Below are positions 1-11,961 of a DNA stretch of 64,000 bases, one piece after another. Position 1 is the stretch's first letter, and every line of letters begins with the position of its first letter. This stretch comes from an uncultured Actinomycetes bacterium (lineage in GTDB: Bacteria; Actinomycetota; Thermoleophilia; Solirubrobacterales; Solirubrobacteraceae): contig CAVWQN010000004.1 of NCBI GenBank assembly GCA_963757075.1, forward strand, positions 561,792 to 625,791. The letters are read 5' to 3'. Position numbers and translations under genes: made by a program. The notes under the pieces were generated by a model. It was not told where the DNA came from, did not search any database, and saw nothing but the letters and a program-made list of their open reading frames with translations.

Positions 1-195
1 GCCCCGGGCAGGGTGTTCGGTGTCGCCAAGCCGGTCAAGGTCGCGCAAGCGGGGATGGCGAAGCTCAGGCTCAAGCTGACCGGTTCCCAGCACGGGACGC
101 TCGCCAATGGCGGGAAACTGGCCCTCCAGCTCAAGCTCCGGTTCGTGCCCTCCACAGGGACGGCCTCGAGCCAGAAACTGACGATCAGGTTCTGA
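1..195 (+). CDS. C-terminal end of a probable secreted protein (partial, starts before window)
   Basis: Frame open from base 1 to TGA at 193-195; basic, beta-strand-rich tail (AKLRLKLT...LKLRFVP...KLTIRF). Confidence 0.6.
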   Translation, partial: APGRVFGVAKPVKVAQAGMAKLRLKLTGSQHGTLANGGKLALQLKLRFVPSTGTASSQKLTIRF

Positions 196-231
196 GTCCG
201 GCGGTCGGTGCCTGGCGCGGACCGCGGGCCG

Positions 232-1800
232 CTACAGCGGGATGTTCCCGTGCTTTCGCTTCGGCCCCGGCTCGCGTTTGGTCTCGAGCGTCTCGAGTGC
301 TGTGATCACCTTCGGCCGGGTCTCGTGCGGGGCGATGATGTCGTCGATGTAACCCCGCTCAGCCGCCACGAACGGGTTGGCGAAGTGAGCCTTGTAGTCG
401 GTGATCAGCTTGTCTCTGCGTGTGTCGGGCGTCGGCGACGAGCTGATGTCGCGACGGTAGATGATGTTGACCGCACCCTCCGGCCCCATTACCGCCACCT
501 CGGCCGTCGGCCAGGCGAAGTTGAGGTCCGCCTTGAGGTGCTTTGACCCCATGACGTCGTATGCGCCACCGTACGCCTTGCGGGTGATGACCGTGATCTT
601 CGGCACGGTCGCCTCGGCGTAGGCGTACAGGAGCTTTGCCCCGTGCCGGATGATCCCTCCCCACTCCTGGTTTGTGCCGGGTAGGAACCCAGGAACGTCG
701 CAAAAGGTCAGGATCGGGACGTTGAAGGCGTCACAGGTGCGGATGAAGCGGGCGCCCTTCTCGGAGGAATCGATGTCCAGCACGCCTGCCAGCTGATTGG
801 GCTGGTTGCCCACCACCCCGATCGAGTACCCGTTGAGGCGCGCGAAGCCGCAGACGATGTTGCGCGCATAGTGCTCGTGAACCTCGAAAAATTCTCCGTC
901 ATCGACGATCAGCCGGATCACGTCGCGCATGTCGTAGGGCTTGTTGGGGCTGTCGGGAACGACGTGGTCGAGTCCTTCGTCCATCCGTAGCGGGTCATCG
1001 GTGGGCTGCACGCGCGGCGGAAGCTCGAGGTTGTTCTGGGGCAGGAACGAGAGCAGGTAGCGGGTGTCCTCCAGGCACTGGTCCTCGTCGTCTGAGGCGA
1101 AGTGCGCTACCCCCGACTTCGTGTTGTGCGACATCGCGCCGCCCAACGACTCGAAGTCCACCTTCTCCCCGGTCACTGTCCTGATCACGTCAGGACCGGT
1201 GATGAACATGTGCGAGGTCTCCTTGACCATGAAGATGAAGTCCGTGATCGCCGGCGAGTAGACGGCGCCTCCGGCGCAAGGACCCATGACCAGGCTGATC
1301 TGCGGGATCACCCCGGATGAGCGGACGTTACGTATGAAGACGTCGCCGTAAGCACCCAGCGAGACGACGCCCTCTTGGATCCGGGCGCCACCGGAGTCGT
1401 TCATCCCGATCACGGGGCAGCCGATGTTCGCCGCCAGGTCCATGATCTTGCACATCTTCTCCCCCATGACCTCGCCCAGCGAGCCGCCGAACACGGTGAA
1501 GTCCTGGCTGAACACGCACACCCGTCGGCCGTCGATCGTGCCGTGCCCGGTCACCACGGCGTCGCCGTAGGGCCGGTTCTTCTGCATCTCGAAGTCGTAC
1601 GTGCGGTGGCGTACGAACGTGTCGAGCTCCTGGAAGGAGCCGGGATCAAGCAGCTTCTCGATCCGCTCGCGAGCCGTGTACTTGCCCTTCTCGTGCTGCT
1701 TGGCGACCGCGGCTTCTGAGCCGGCGTGCACCGCCTCCTGGCGGATCTCCTCGAGCTGGGCAGCCCGCTCGCCGTAGGTCTCGGGGGCCTTGTCGCGCAT
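232..1800 (-). CDS. pccB: Acyl-CoA (propionyl-CoA) carboxylase beta subunit / carboxyltransferase
   Basis: Motifs FSQDFTVFGGSLG, DSGGARIQEG, GPCAGGAVYSPA, RKAYGGAY, RKHGNIPL; start moved to ATG 1800 (MRDKAPE), preceded by -10 TACACT. Confidence 0.92.
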   Translation of the reverse strand: MRDKAPETYGERAAQLEEIRQEAVHAGSEAAVAKQHEKGKYTARERIEKLLDPGSFQELDTFVRHRTYDFEMQKNRPYGDAVVTGHGTIDGRRVCVFSQDFTVFGGSLGEVMGEKMCKIMDLAANIGCPVIGMNDSGGARIQEGVVSLGAYGDVFIRNVRSSGVIPQISLVMGPCAGGAVYSPAITDFIFMVKETSHMFITGPDVIRTVTGEKVDFESLGGAMSHNTKSGVAHFASDDEDQCLEDTRYLLSFLPQNNLELPPRVQPTDDPLRMDEGLDHVVPDSPNKPYDMRDVIRLIVDDGEFFEVHEHYARNIVCGFARLNGYSIGVVGNQPNQLAGVLDIDSSEKGARFIRTCDAFNVPILTFCDVPGFLPGTNQEWGGIIRHGAKLLYAYAEATVPKITVITRKAYGGAYDVMGSKHLKADLNFAWPTAEVAVMGPEGAVNIIYRRDISSSPTPDTRRDKLITDYKAHFANPFVAAERGYIDDIIAPHETRPKVITALETLETKREPGPKRKHGNIPL

Positions 1801-2031
1801 CGCCCGCGAGTGTAATCCCCGCGTTGGCGTTCGGCCGTCAGCGACGTTGCGTGACGGGTTACGCGCGCCTGGTCCGCTCCGCCCGGCTGCAGAAGTCCCC
1901 AAACGGCCGCGGAATGAGGCCCCGTGGGGAAAAACGCCGCAGGGAGCCGCTCATCTGCACATCCCCCCCGAACCGATTCGGGTTTGGGGCGTTTTGCATG
2001 CGCCGGCCCCGCCCGGCGGGTCGGGCGATCT

Positions 2032-2741
2032 CTATGCCCGGGAGAAGGGGCGGTGATGCGCCTGGCCGAGACTGTCGAGTGCCGCGGCTAAGGCGTCGGA
2101 GGTCTCGGTCGCCTTGGCCGGTTCCCCGACCGTCATGGCAGGCGCTGCCGCTTGCGGCGTGGCAGGTCCAGGAGGCGGCGCTTCGGGCGCCACGGGTTCC
2201 GCCGCGGATTGCTCCGGCGTCGCTGCGGGCGCGACAGGCTCGGTCGCCCCTCGCTCGGGGGCGAGGAACCGCAATACCCGCCCGAACAGCCGGCCGCGGT
2301 GCTCCCCAGCAGGCGGCTGCTCGGAGGTGGGAGCGGCTTTCGGCTCCGGCTCCGGCTCGGCTTCGGCTCCGGCTCGTGCTTCGGCTCCGGCTCGGGCTTG
2401 TGCTCCGGCTCCGGCTCTTGCTGCGGCTCGGGCTCGTGCTTGTGCTCCGGCTCCGGCTCTTGCGGCTGCTCGGGCTCCACTTCGCCCTCCGGCGCCATCT
2501 CCTCAGAGTGAGGGGTCGAATATGTCAGGGTCACGCGCGTCCCCCATCCCGAGGGCTCCAGCTTCACCGTGCCGCTAGCGCGGTCGCCCTCCCAGGCGAC
2601 GGTGTGTTCGGGCTCGAGCTTCTTGATCCGAATTTCGCCGAGCTCTCCTAGATGCCTGGCCAGCGATTGGGCATCGCTGCACTCAGCCCACAGCTCCGGC
2701 GGGGACTTCAGCAGGGTACGACTCGCCTTTTGCTCGTTCAT
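2032..2741 (-). pseudogene. Conserved hypothetical protein (SRPBCC-like N-terminus, EPEP linker, conserved tail) split by a 1-bp frameshift near 2360
   Basis: Repeat unit AAGCCCGAG appears once as AAGCCGAG (~2356-2361); restoring one C joins MNEQKASRTLLKSPPELW... to ...ALDSLGQAHHRPFSRA*. May be a sequencing error. Confidence 0.7.
2341..2475 (-). repeat. Low-complexity GAGCCG (Glu-Pro) coding repeats
   Basis: Repeated ggctcc/ggctcg units encoding EPEPEHKHEPEPQQEPEPE. Confidence 0.8.
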
Positions 2742-2807
2742 AGCCCCCAGTTTCGTGCGCATGGCCGCGACTCCTGCCGAGCGCAGCGATGCGGGAAGAT
2801 CCTGTGC

Positions 2808-3806
2808 ATGAGGAAGGCGAACCTGGGTGTCAGGGGCCCTTCCGTGTCGGCCGTTGGCCTCGGCTGCATGGCGATGTCCGGCACGTACGGACGAGCTGAC
2901 CGGGCGGAGAGCATCGCGACGATCCATGCCGCCCTGGACGCGGGCATCAAGCTCCTCGATACCGGCGACTTCTACGGGATGGGCCACAACGAGCTCCTGA
3001 TCGCCGAGGCCCTAGCCGGTCGGGACCGAGACGATGTGCTGATCAGCGTCAAGTTCGGCGCACAGCGAGGCCCCGACGGCACCTGGCTAGGTCAAGATGC
3101 GCGGCCGGCCGCCGTCAAGACCGCGCTCGCCTACTCGCTTCGGCGGCTGCAAACCGATTACCTCGACATCTACCGGCCGGCGAGGCTGGACCCCCAGGTG
3201 CCGATCGAGGAGACGGTGGGGGCGATCGCCGAGATGGTGGATGCCGGTTACGTGCGCTTCGTCGGGCTGAGTGAGGTCGGGGCGGACACGATCCGCCGCG
3301 CGGCGGCCGTACATCCGATTTGCGACGTTCAGATCGAGTACTCGCTCCTCTCGCGCGGTATCGAGCAGACGATCCTTCCAACCTGCCACGAGCTGGGGAT
3401 CGCGATCACCGCCTATGGAGTGCTCTCGCGCGGACTGATCGGCGGCAGCTATGCGCCAGGCCAGGGCAGCGACAACGAGAGCGATATCCGCGCGCGCTTC
3501 CCCCGCTTCCGAGACGAGAACCTGAACCGGAACCGGGATCTGGTTGATCGCCTCCGCGCGATCGCTGAGTCCAAGGGTGCATCCGTAGCCCAGCTCGCCT
3601 TCGCCTGGGTCCTGTCGCGCGGAGACGACATCGTGCCGCTGCTTGGGTCCCGCACGCCCGCACAGCTTGACGATGCGCTGGGGGCGCTCCAGCTCAATCT
3701 GGGCCTGGAGGATCTGCAGCGGCTCGAAGAGGCGATGCCTGCCGAGGCGGTCGTAGGCGATCGCTACGACGCCGCGCAGATGGCGCATCTGGATAGCGAG
3801 CGCTAG
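2808..3806 (+). CDS. Aldo/keto reductase
   Basis: VGLGCMAMSGTYG, LDTGDFYG, ISVKFG, SLRRLQTDYLDIY, VQIEYSLLSR; start at ATG 2808. Confidence 0.9.
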   Translation: MRKANLGVRGPSVSAVGLGCMAMSGTYGRADRAESIATIHAALDAGIKLLDTGDFYGMGHNELLIAEALAGRDRDDVLISVKFGAQRGPDGTWLGQDARPAAVKTALAYSLRRLQTDYLDIYRPARLDPQVPIEETVGAIAEMVDAGYVRFVGLSEVGADTIRRAAAVHPICDVQIEYSLLSRGIEQTILPTCHELGIAITAYGVLSRGLIGGSYAPGQGSDNESDIRARFPRFRDENLNRNRDLVDRLRAIAESKGASVAQLAFAWVLSRGDDIVPLLGSRTPAQLDDALGALQLNLGLEDLQRLEEAMPAEAVVGDRYDAAQMAHLDSER

Positions 3807-4383
3807 CTCTCCTCCGCGACCACGATCACGCCGCTTGGTGCATCCAGCAGTTCCACCGTGCGCCGCGCGGCTTCGTCGACGTGGACCCGGGGATGGTCGG
3901 GCACCCGCTCACCCCCGTAGGTGCCCGGCCCGTAAAAGGTGCCGTACTCGAGCACGACGCCGCCGGCATCCAGCACCAGGCGCTCGTGCTCCTCGACTAC
4001 CTCGCCCCCGGCCGGTGGCCGCCAGGCGATGCTCTGCGCGATCAATCGCTCTGCCCCGGCGGCCTTCATGGCTGCGATCAGGTTGCGCGTCCCTTCGGTG
4101 CGCATGCGGTTGTTCCGGTCGCGATAAGCGGTGATCTGATCGGCGGTGTCCGGCAGGTCCGTTAGCTGGTGCATCACCAGCTCAGTGCCAAACGATTTCA
4201 CCTCCTGGCTCAAGGCATCGGCGTCGTACACGTCGCAGAGGACCGGCTCGGCACCGAGCTCGCGCAGCATCTCGGTCTTGCCGGACGAGCGGGTCATGGC
4301 GGCGAGGTGGTGTCCGTCAGCCACCAGCAGCGGAATCAAGCGGACGCCGATCACGCCGCTGGCGCCGGCGAGGAAGATGCGCA

Positions 4384-4384
<1 letters not shown>
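3803..4384 (-). CDS. NAD(P)-dependent epimerase/dehydratase-family oxidoreductase
   Basis: Rossmann start MRIFLAGASGVIG; ATGA overlap with the mutase stop at 4384. Confidence 0.85.
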
Positions 4385-6006
<1,622 letters not shown>

Positions 6007-6128
6007 GGGAGGCAGGTTACCCCCGGTCTGGCCGCGTCAGCACTGGGCACTAGCCGACGTGCGCCCGGGCAGAACCCGGGCGACCGCCAACACTGGCGTC
6101 TCCTCGCCCCTCGCGTAGCCTTCGACTC

Positions 6129-6779
6129 ATGCACGTGAGCGTGCGCCTGTTCGCGATCCTGCGCGATCGCGCCGGCGGCTCAGATCAGCTTGAGCTCGAG
6201 CTACCCGAGGGAGCTCTCGTCGCCGATGCCCTCGAGCAGGTGCGGTCACTAACGGACGGCGTGCCGGTGGTGATGGCCGTAAACCACGAGTACGCGGAGC
6301 CCCAGGCGCCGCTGCACCCGGGCGACGAGCTGGCTCTGATCCCGCCCGTATCGGGGGGCGATTCGCCGTCGGCGGCCGCCGTGCACGTGCGGCTTAGGAA
6401 CGAGCCGCTGTCGGCCGAGTCACTGCGCGAGCTGGTCCGGGACCCCCGGGCTGGAGCCATCGTCGCCTTTGAGGGGGTGACCCGCGAGGTTTCGGAGCTG
6501 CAGTACGAGGCCTACGCCGAGATGGCGGAGCGCCAGATCGCGGATATCGTGACGGCTGCCGTGGAGCGGCACGGACTGTGTTCTGCAGCGGCCGAGCACC
6601 GGATCGGGGTCGTGCCACTGTCCGAACCATCGGTGGTCGTGGCGGTGTCGGCTCCACACAGGGCGGAGGCATTTGCCGGTGCCCGAGAGATCATCGACCG
6701 GATCAAGTCCCAGGTGCCGATCTTTAAGCAGGAGGAGGGCCAGTGGGTGAAGGGCTCGACGCCGACGGTCGAGGGCTGA
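6129..6779 (+). CDS. Molybdopterin synthase MoaD-MoaE fusion (MoaX-like)
   Basis: Ubiquitin-like N-terminus ending in internal IPPVSGG, then MoaE motifs GAIVAFEG, LQYEAYAEMA, HRIG, HRAEAF, IKSQVPIFKQE. Confidence 0.9.
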   Translation: MHVSVRLFAILRDRAGGSDQLELELPEGALVADALEQVRSLTDGVPVVMAVNHEYAEPQAPLHPGDELALIPPVSGGDSPSAAAVHVRLRNEPLSAESLRELVRDPRAGAIVAFEGVTREVSELQYEAYAEMAERQIADIVTAAVERHGLCSAAAEHRIGVVPLSEPSVVVAVSAPHRAEAFAGAREIIDRIKSQVPIFKQEEGQWVKGSTPTVEG

Positions 6780-8091
6780 GCGCGCTGCCGGCAGTGCACG
6801 AGCTCGCGGCGGCGCTCGACGCGCCGCACGCGCTCGCAGTCGCGGCCGCGCGGCGAGCGATCGCGGAAGAACGAGGACTATATCCTGGCTGGCCGGCCAG
6901 CCAGCCAGGGTTTGCTCGATCGGGCTGGCCAGATCGCGGCCGCGCTTCAGCGCCCGTCGTTGCGCCGCGTGCTCAACGCCACTGGCGTGATCGTGCACAC
7001 CAATTTGGGGCGAGCGCCGCTGCCGGCGGCCGCCCGCGAGGCGGTAGCGGCCACGGGAGAGGGATACTCGAACCTCGAGCTTGATCTGGACAGCGGCGAG
7101 CGAGGCTCCCGACAGACGCATGTCGAGCAGCTGCTGCGCCAATTGAGCGGTGCCGAGGCGGCCCTTGCCGTCAACAACGGTGCGGCGGCCGTGCTGCTCG
7201 CGGCGGCCGCCCTGGCCGGCCCCGAGCGGGCGATCATCGTCTCCCGGGGTCAGCTTGTGGAGATCGGCGGCGGTTTCCGGATCCCCGAAGTGGTCGCCCA
7301 GTCAGGCTCCGAGCTGATCGAGGTCGGAACCACCAATCGCACCTCCCTTTCCGACTACCGGAGCGCGCTTGACTCCGTCGGTGACCGGGCCGGGGCGATC
7401 CTCCGCGTGCATCAGTCGAACTTCCGGGCGCTCGGCTTCGTCTCAGACGTCGAGATCGAGGAGCTGTGCGCTCTCGGCGTGCCGGTAATCGACGACGTGG
7501 GCTCGGGGGTGCTGATCCCGCCCATCGAGGACGAGCCATCGCTCAACCGGTCGGTCGCCGCCGGCGCGACGCTCGTGTGCTGCTCGGGCGACAAGCTGCT
7601 CGGCGGGCCGCAGGCTGGCCTGCTGATCGGGTCCTCTCGACGCCGTCTCGCGCGCCCGGTCTCACCCCCTGGCCCGCGCGATGCGGATCGACAAGCTGTC
7701 GCTCGCGGCCCTGGAGGCAACGCTCTCGCTGTATCGCGATCCCGAGCGAGCGCGGCGGGAGATCCCCGTGCTGGCGATGCTCGAGTCAAGCGAGGAAGAG
7801 CTGGGCGCCCGCGCCAAGCGGATCAGCGCTGCGATCGGCTCCGAGGTCGCTAAGGTCACCTGGGCCAGTGCCAAGGTCGGCGGCGGAGCGCTGCCGCTGC
7901 TGGAGCTCGAAGGACCGGTAGTCGCGATCGACGACCCTCGGGGCGCCGACACGTTGGCCAGTGCCCTGCGTGCGGGCGAGCCGCCGGTGATCGCGCGCAT
8001 CCGCGAGGGCCGTGTCCTGCTTGATCCCCGCACGCTGACCGATGAGGAGGCAGATCTGCTCGGCGCCACGGTCCGTACTGCGCTGCGATGA
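6743..8091 (+). pseudogene. selA: L-seryl-tRNA(Sec) selenium transferase SelA, interrupted by two +1 frameshifts (~6872 and ~7638)
   Basis: Three frames carry consecutive SelA parts: LSALPAVHEL; VLNATGVIVHTNLGRAPL...VNNGAAAV...SRGQLVEIGGGFRIP...SGDKLLGGPQAG; HPLARAMRIDK...VGGGALP...LLDPRTL. Confidence 0.85.
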
Positions 8092-9620
8092 ATGGCCCGC
8101 TCACGCTCGGTACTGCCGGGCACATCGATCACGGCAAGACGGCATTGATCCGGGCGCTGACGGGCGTGGACACCGACCGGCTGCCGCAGGAGCGCGCGCG
8201 TGGGATCTCGATCGAGCTGGGCTACGCCAGCTTGAGCTTGCCTTCGGGCAGAAGGCTGTCGGTGGTGGATGCGCCCGGACACGAGCGGTTCGTTCGCACC
8301 ATGGTCGCCGGCGCGACGGGGATCGATCTGTACCTGATGACGGTGGCAGCAGACGACGGCGTCATGCCCCAGACGCGTGAGCACGCGGCGGTGTTGCGGG
8401 CGCTGGGGGTGGACACGGGCGCGGTCGCGGTCACGAAGTGCGATCTTGCCGATCCCGAGCCGGCGATGCTTGAGTGCGCCGATCTGCTGCCTGGGGCCAC
8501 CTCGGTCGTCGCTGTGTCTTCGCGGACCGGCCACGGGCTGGATGAGCTTCGGGCGGCACTGGATCGGGTGGCCGCCGAGGTTCGGAGCCGCTCCGAGCGC
8601 GCTGGCGAGGCGCGGCTACACATCGATCGGGTATTCACGATCCATGGCGCCGGCACCGTGGTCACAGGGACGCTGTGGTCGGGGGACATCGGCCGTGGAG
8701 ATGAGATGGAGCTCCTGCCCGCCAGGCGGCGCGTGCGGGTGCGCGGAGTCCAGGTTCACGACGAGGCGATCGACCGCGCGGCTGCCGGGCAGCGGGTGGC
8801 AGTCAACTTGACTGGCGTAGGGGTCAGGGATCTCGCGCGCGGCGACGTGCTCGCCTCTACCGCCTCCGGCCTCACGGCGACCTATAGGCTCGACGCTTCG
8901 CTGTCTTTCGCCCAGCGCGAACCCGAGCACTCAGAACGCGTCCAGATCCACCACGGCACTCGCGAGAGCCCGGCGCGGCTGGCATGGCTCGCAGGCCGTT
9001 TCTGGCAGGTGCGGCTCGAGCAGCCGATTGTCCCCGCCCCCGGCGATCGCATCGTCGCGCGCCAGATCGCCCCACCCGACACGCTGGGCGGGGGCGTGGT
9101 CCTGGACGCTCATCCCCGGCGGCATGGGCCGAGTCGCGAGCTGCTGGCGAGGCTGGGGCGGCTGGAGCGGGGGGAGACGGTGGACGATGGCGATGAAGCG
9201 CTTGCTGGCGCGGGTCGCCGGCCGCGTGGGGGAACCTCGCGTGAGCAGGGTTCCCCCGCGCGGTTGCGACCCAGCGCAACGGCTCTGGAACAGCGTCTGA
9301 AGGAAGCGGGCTTCGAACCCCCCCTCGATTCGGACCTGGATGCCGAGGACCTCGCAGCGCTGCGCTCGGCGGGCCGCGCCGTCCGCGTCTCGAGGAGCTT
9401 GCACTACCACCCCGACGTGTTAGCCGAGGTGCGGCGGCGGGTGGTCGAGCTCGCGGAGCGGCATGAGGGCAGCGTCACGCTCGCCCAGGTGCGCGACGAG
9501 CTCGGCACGTCGCGCAAGTTCGCCCAAGCGCTGCTCGAGCACCTCGACTCGGAGAAGGTCACAATCCGCCGCGGCGACGCGCACCACGTCCGACGGCTGG
9601 CAGCTCGCGACGGACGATGA
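8088..9620 (+). CDS. selB: Selenocysteine-specific elongation factor SelB (short form)
   Basis: GTAGHIDHGKT, ERARGISIELG, DAPGHERFVRTMVAG, HIDRVFT, C-terminal LGTSRKFAQALLEHLD winged helix; ATGA overlap with selA. Confidence 0.93.
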   Translation: MNGPLTLGTAGHIDHGKTALIRALTGVDTDRLPQERARGISIELGYASLSLPSGRRLSVVDAPGHERFVRTMVAGATGIDLYLMTVAADDGVMPQTREHAAVLRALGVDTGAVAVTKCDLADPEPAMLECADLLPGATSVVAVSSRTGHGLDELRAALDRVAAEVRSRSERAGEARLHIDRVFTIHGAGTVVTGTLWSGDIGRGDEMELLPARRRVRVRGVQVHDEAIDRAAAGQRVAVNLTGVGVRDLARGDVLASTASGLTATYRLDASLSFAQREPEHSERVQIHHGTRESPARLAWLAGRFWQVRLEQPIVPAPGDRIVARQIAPPDTLGGGVVLDAHPRRHGPSRELLARLGRLERGETVDDGDEALAGAGRRPRGGTSREQGSPARLRPSATALEQRLKEAGFEPPLDSDLDAEDLAALRSAGRAVRVSRSLHYHPDVLAEVRRRVVELAERHEGSVTLAQVRDELGTSRKFAQALLEHLDSEKVTIRRGDAHHVRRLAARDGR

Positions 9621-10228
9621 CGAACTCCCACCGCAGGCTCCAGCTCGGGGCGTTCGATCAAGTCCCGCAGGGCTGGCTCAACACCGATGTAACTCCCCAC
9701 CTGTTCGTGGCACGGGTGCCCGGTCTGGCATGGCTGCTTCACCGGGTCGGTGTGATCGGGCCCGAGCGCTACGCCGCCCACCGCTCAGGAAGGTTCCGTC
9801 GCGTGAGTTATCTCGACGTGACCCGGCGTTTTCGCTTCGACGATCACACCTTCGAGGCCGTGTACGCGTCTCACCTGCTCGAGCATCTCGATCCTGAAGA
9901 GGGCCAGAGGTGCCTGCACGAGATCCATCGCGTGCTGCAGCCGGGCGGCATCCTGCGACTGGCCGTACCCGATCTGGACGGTGTCGTAGCGCAGTACGAC
10001 CCCACCGACCCGGACGGCTTCCTCGCGGGCCTCTATGACGCCCACAGCGGGCGGCGTAGCCGCACTTCGCTTCACCGCTGGATGTACAACTCCAAGTCGC
10101 TTGACGAGCTGCTGCGGCGCGTCGGCTTCCGGGAGGTGCAGCGCTGCGAGTACCGCCAGGGCCGCTGTCCCGACGTCGAGGAGATCGAGACCCGACGCTG
10201 GTCGTTGTTCATGGAGGCGGTGAAGTAG
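9617..10228 (+). CDS. Class I SAM-dependent methyltransferase (type 11-like)
   Basis: LQLGAFDQVPQGWLNTDV, VYASHLLEHL, EIHRVLQPGGILRLAVPD; ATGA overlap with selB. Confidence 0.8.
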   Translation: MTNSHRRLQLGAFDQVPQGWLNTDVTPHLFVARVPGLAWLLHRVGVIGPERYAAHRSGRFRRVSYLDVTRRFRFDDHTFEAVYASHLLEHLDPEEGQRCLHEIHRVLQPGGILRLAVPDLDGVVAQYDPTDPDGFLAGLYDAHSGRRSRTSLHRWMYNSKSLDELLRRVGFREVQRCEYRQGRCPDVEEIETRRWSLFMEAVK

Positions 10229-10237
10229 GCAAAGGCC

Positions 10238-10771
10238 CTACAGCGCTCCGCCGGCCGCCGGGGGAGCGGTCGGGTCCTCTTCCGTGCTCTGAGTTTGCTC
10301 GCGAACCAGATAGTCCTCGATGAACATCGGGGTGTCACTCGAGCGCTCGACGACCGACAGCAGTGAGGACATGGTGGCTACCTCTTCAACCTGCTCCTTC
10401 AGGAACCACTGCGTGAACTGCTCTGAGAGGAAGTCGTTCTCCGCGCGAGCCACTGCCGCCAGATCGGCGATCTGCTCTGACACACGACGCTCCTGGTCGA
10501 GCGCCAATGCCACCGGCGCGACGATGTCGCCGAACTCTGTCTCCGGCGGCTCGACGCCAGGGATGGCTACGTGGCCGTCCGAGTCCAGCAGGTACTGGAC
10601 CATCATCATCGCGTGATTGCGCTCCTCGACCGCCTGGGCGTAGAAGAACGCCGCGAGCCTGGGCAGCGTCTGGCCGTCGTAGTAGACGGCGTTGGCTATG
10701 TACTGCTGCTGGGCGGCGAACTCGCTGGCGATCTGCTCATTGAGGCGCTCTACGAATCGAGCGGCTGCCAT
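10238..10771 (-). CDS. Non-heme ferritin
   Basis: LNEQIASEFAAQQQY, FFYAQAVEERNHA, LDQERRVS, QWFLKEQVEE ferroxidase pattern. Confidence 0.9.
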   Translation of the reverse strand: MAAARFVERLNEQIASEFAAQQQYIANAVYYDGQTLPRLAAFFYAQAVEERNHAMMMVQYLLDSDGHVAIPGVEPPETEFGDIVAPVALALDQERRVSEQIADLAAVARAENDFLSEQFTQWFLKEQVEEVATMSSLLSVVERSSDTPMFIEDYLVREQTQSTEEDPTAPPAAGGAL

Positions 10772-10884
10772 CGCGGCTCCTTTTGCTGGTTGTCGGGCAG
10801 CGTCGCATATCTCGACGAAGTGGGGGTGTTTGCAGCGCCAGCCGCTGAGCGTTCACGCGGAATCCCCGTGTAGATTGCGGGCCC

Positions 10885-11832
<948 letters not shown>

Positions 11833-11900
11833 TGCCGCCGCCCCGCCTAGCACCTAAGCGCCGCCGCTCCTTGATCGCCAGCAATTGTTGCCGCTTCCCC

Positions 11901-11925
11901 GGAACTTCGCCCGCAAGGTACCGTT
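11901..11925 (+). promoter_or_regulatory. Putative ECF sigma (SigE/SigH-type) promoter
   Basis: GGAAC(11901-11905)-N17-GTT(11923-11925) upstream of the sugar transferase. Confidence 0.4.
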
Positions 11926-11961
11926 ACGGCTATCACGGGGAGTGAGAGGGCTGAGAGCTAC

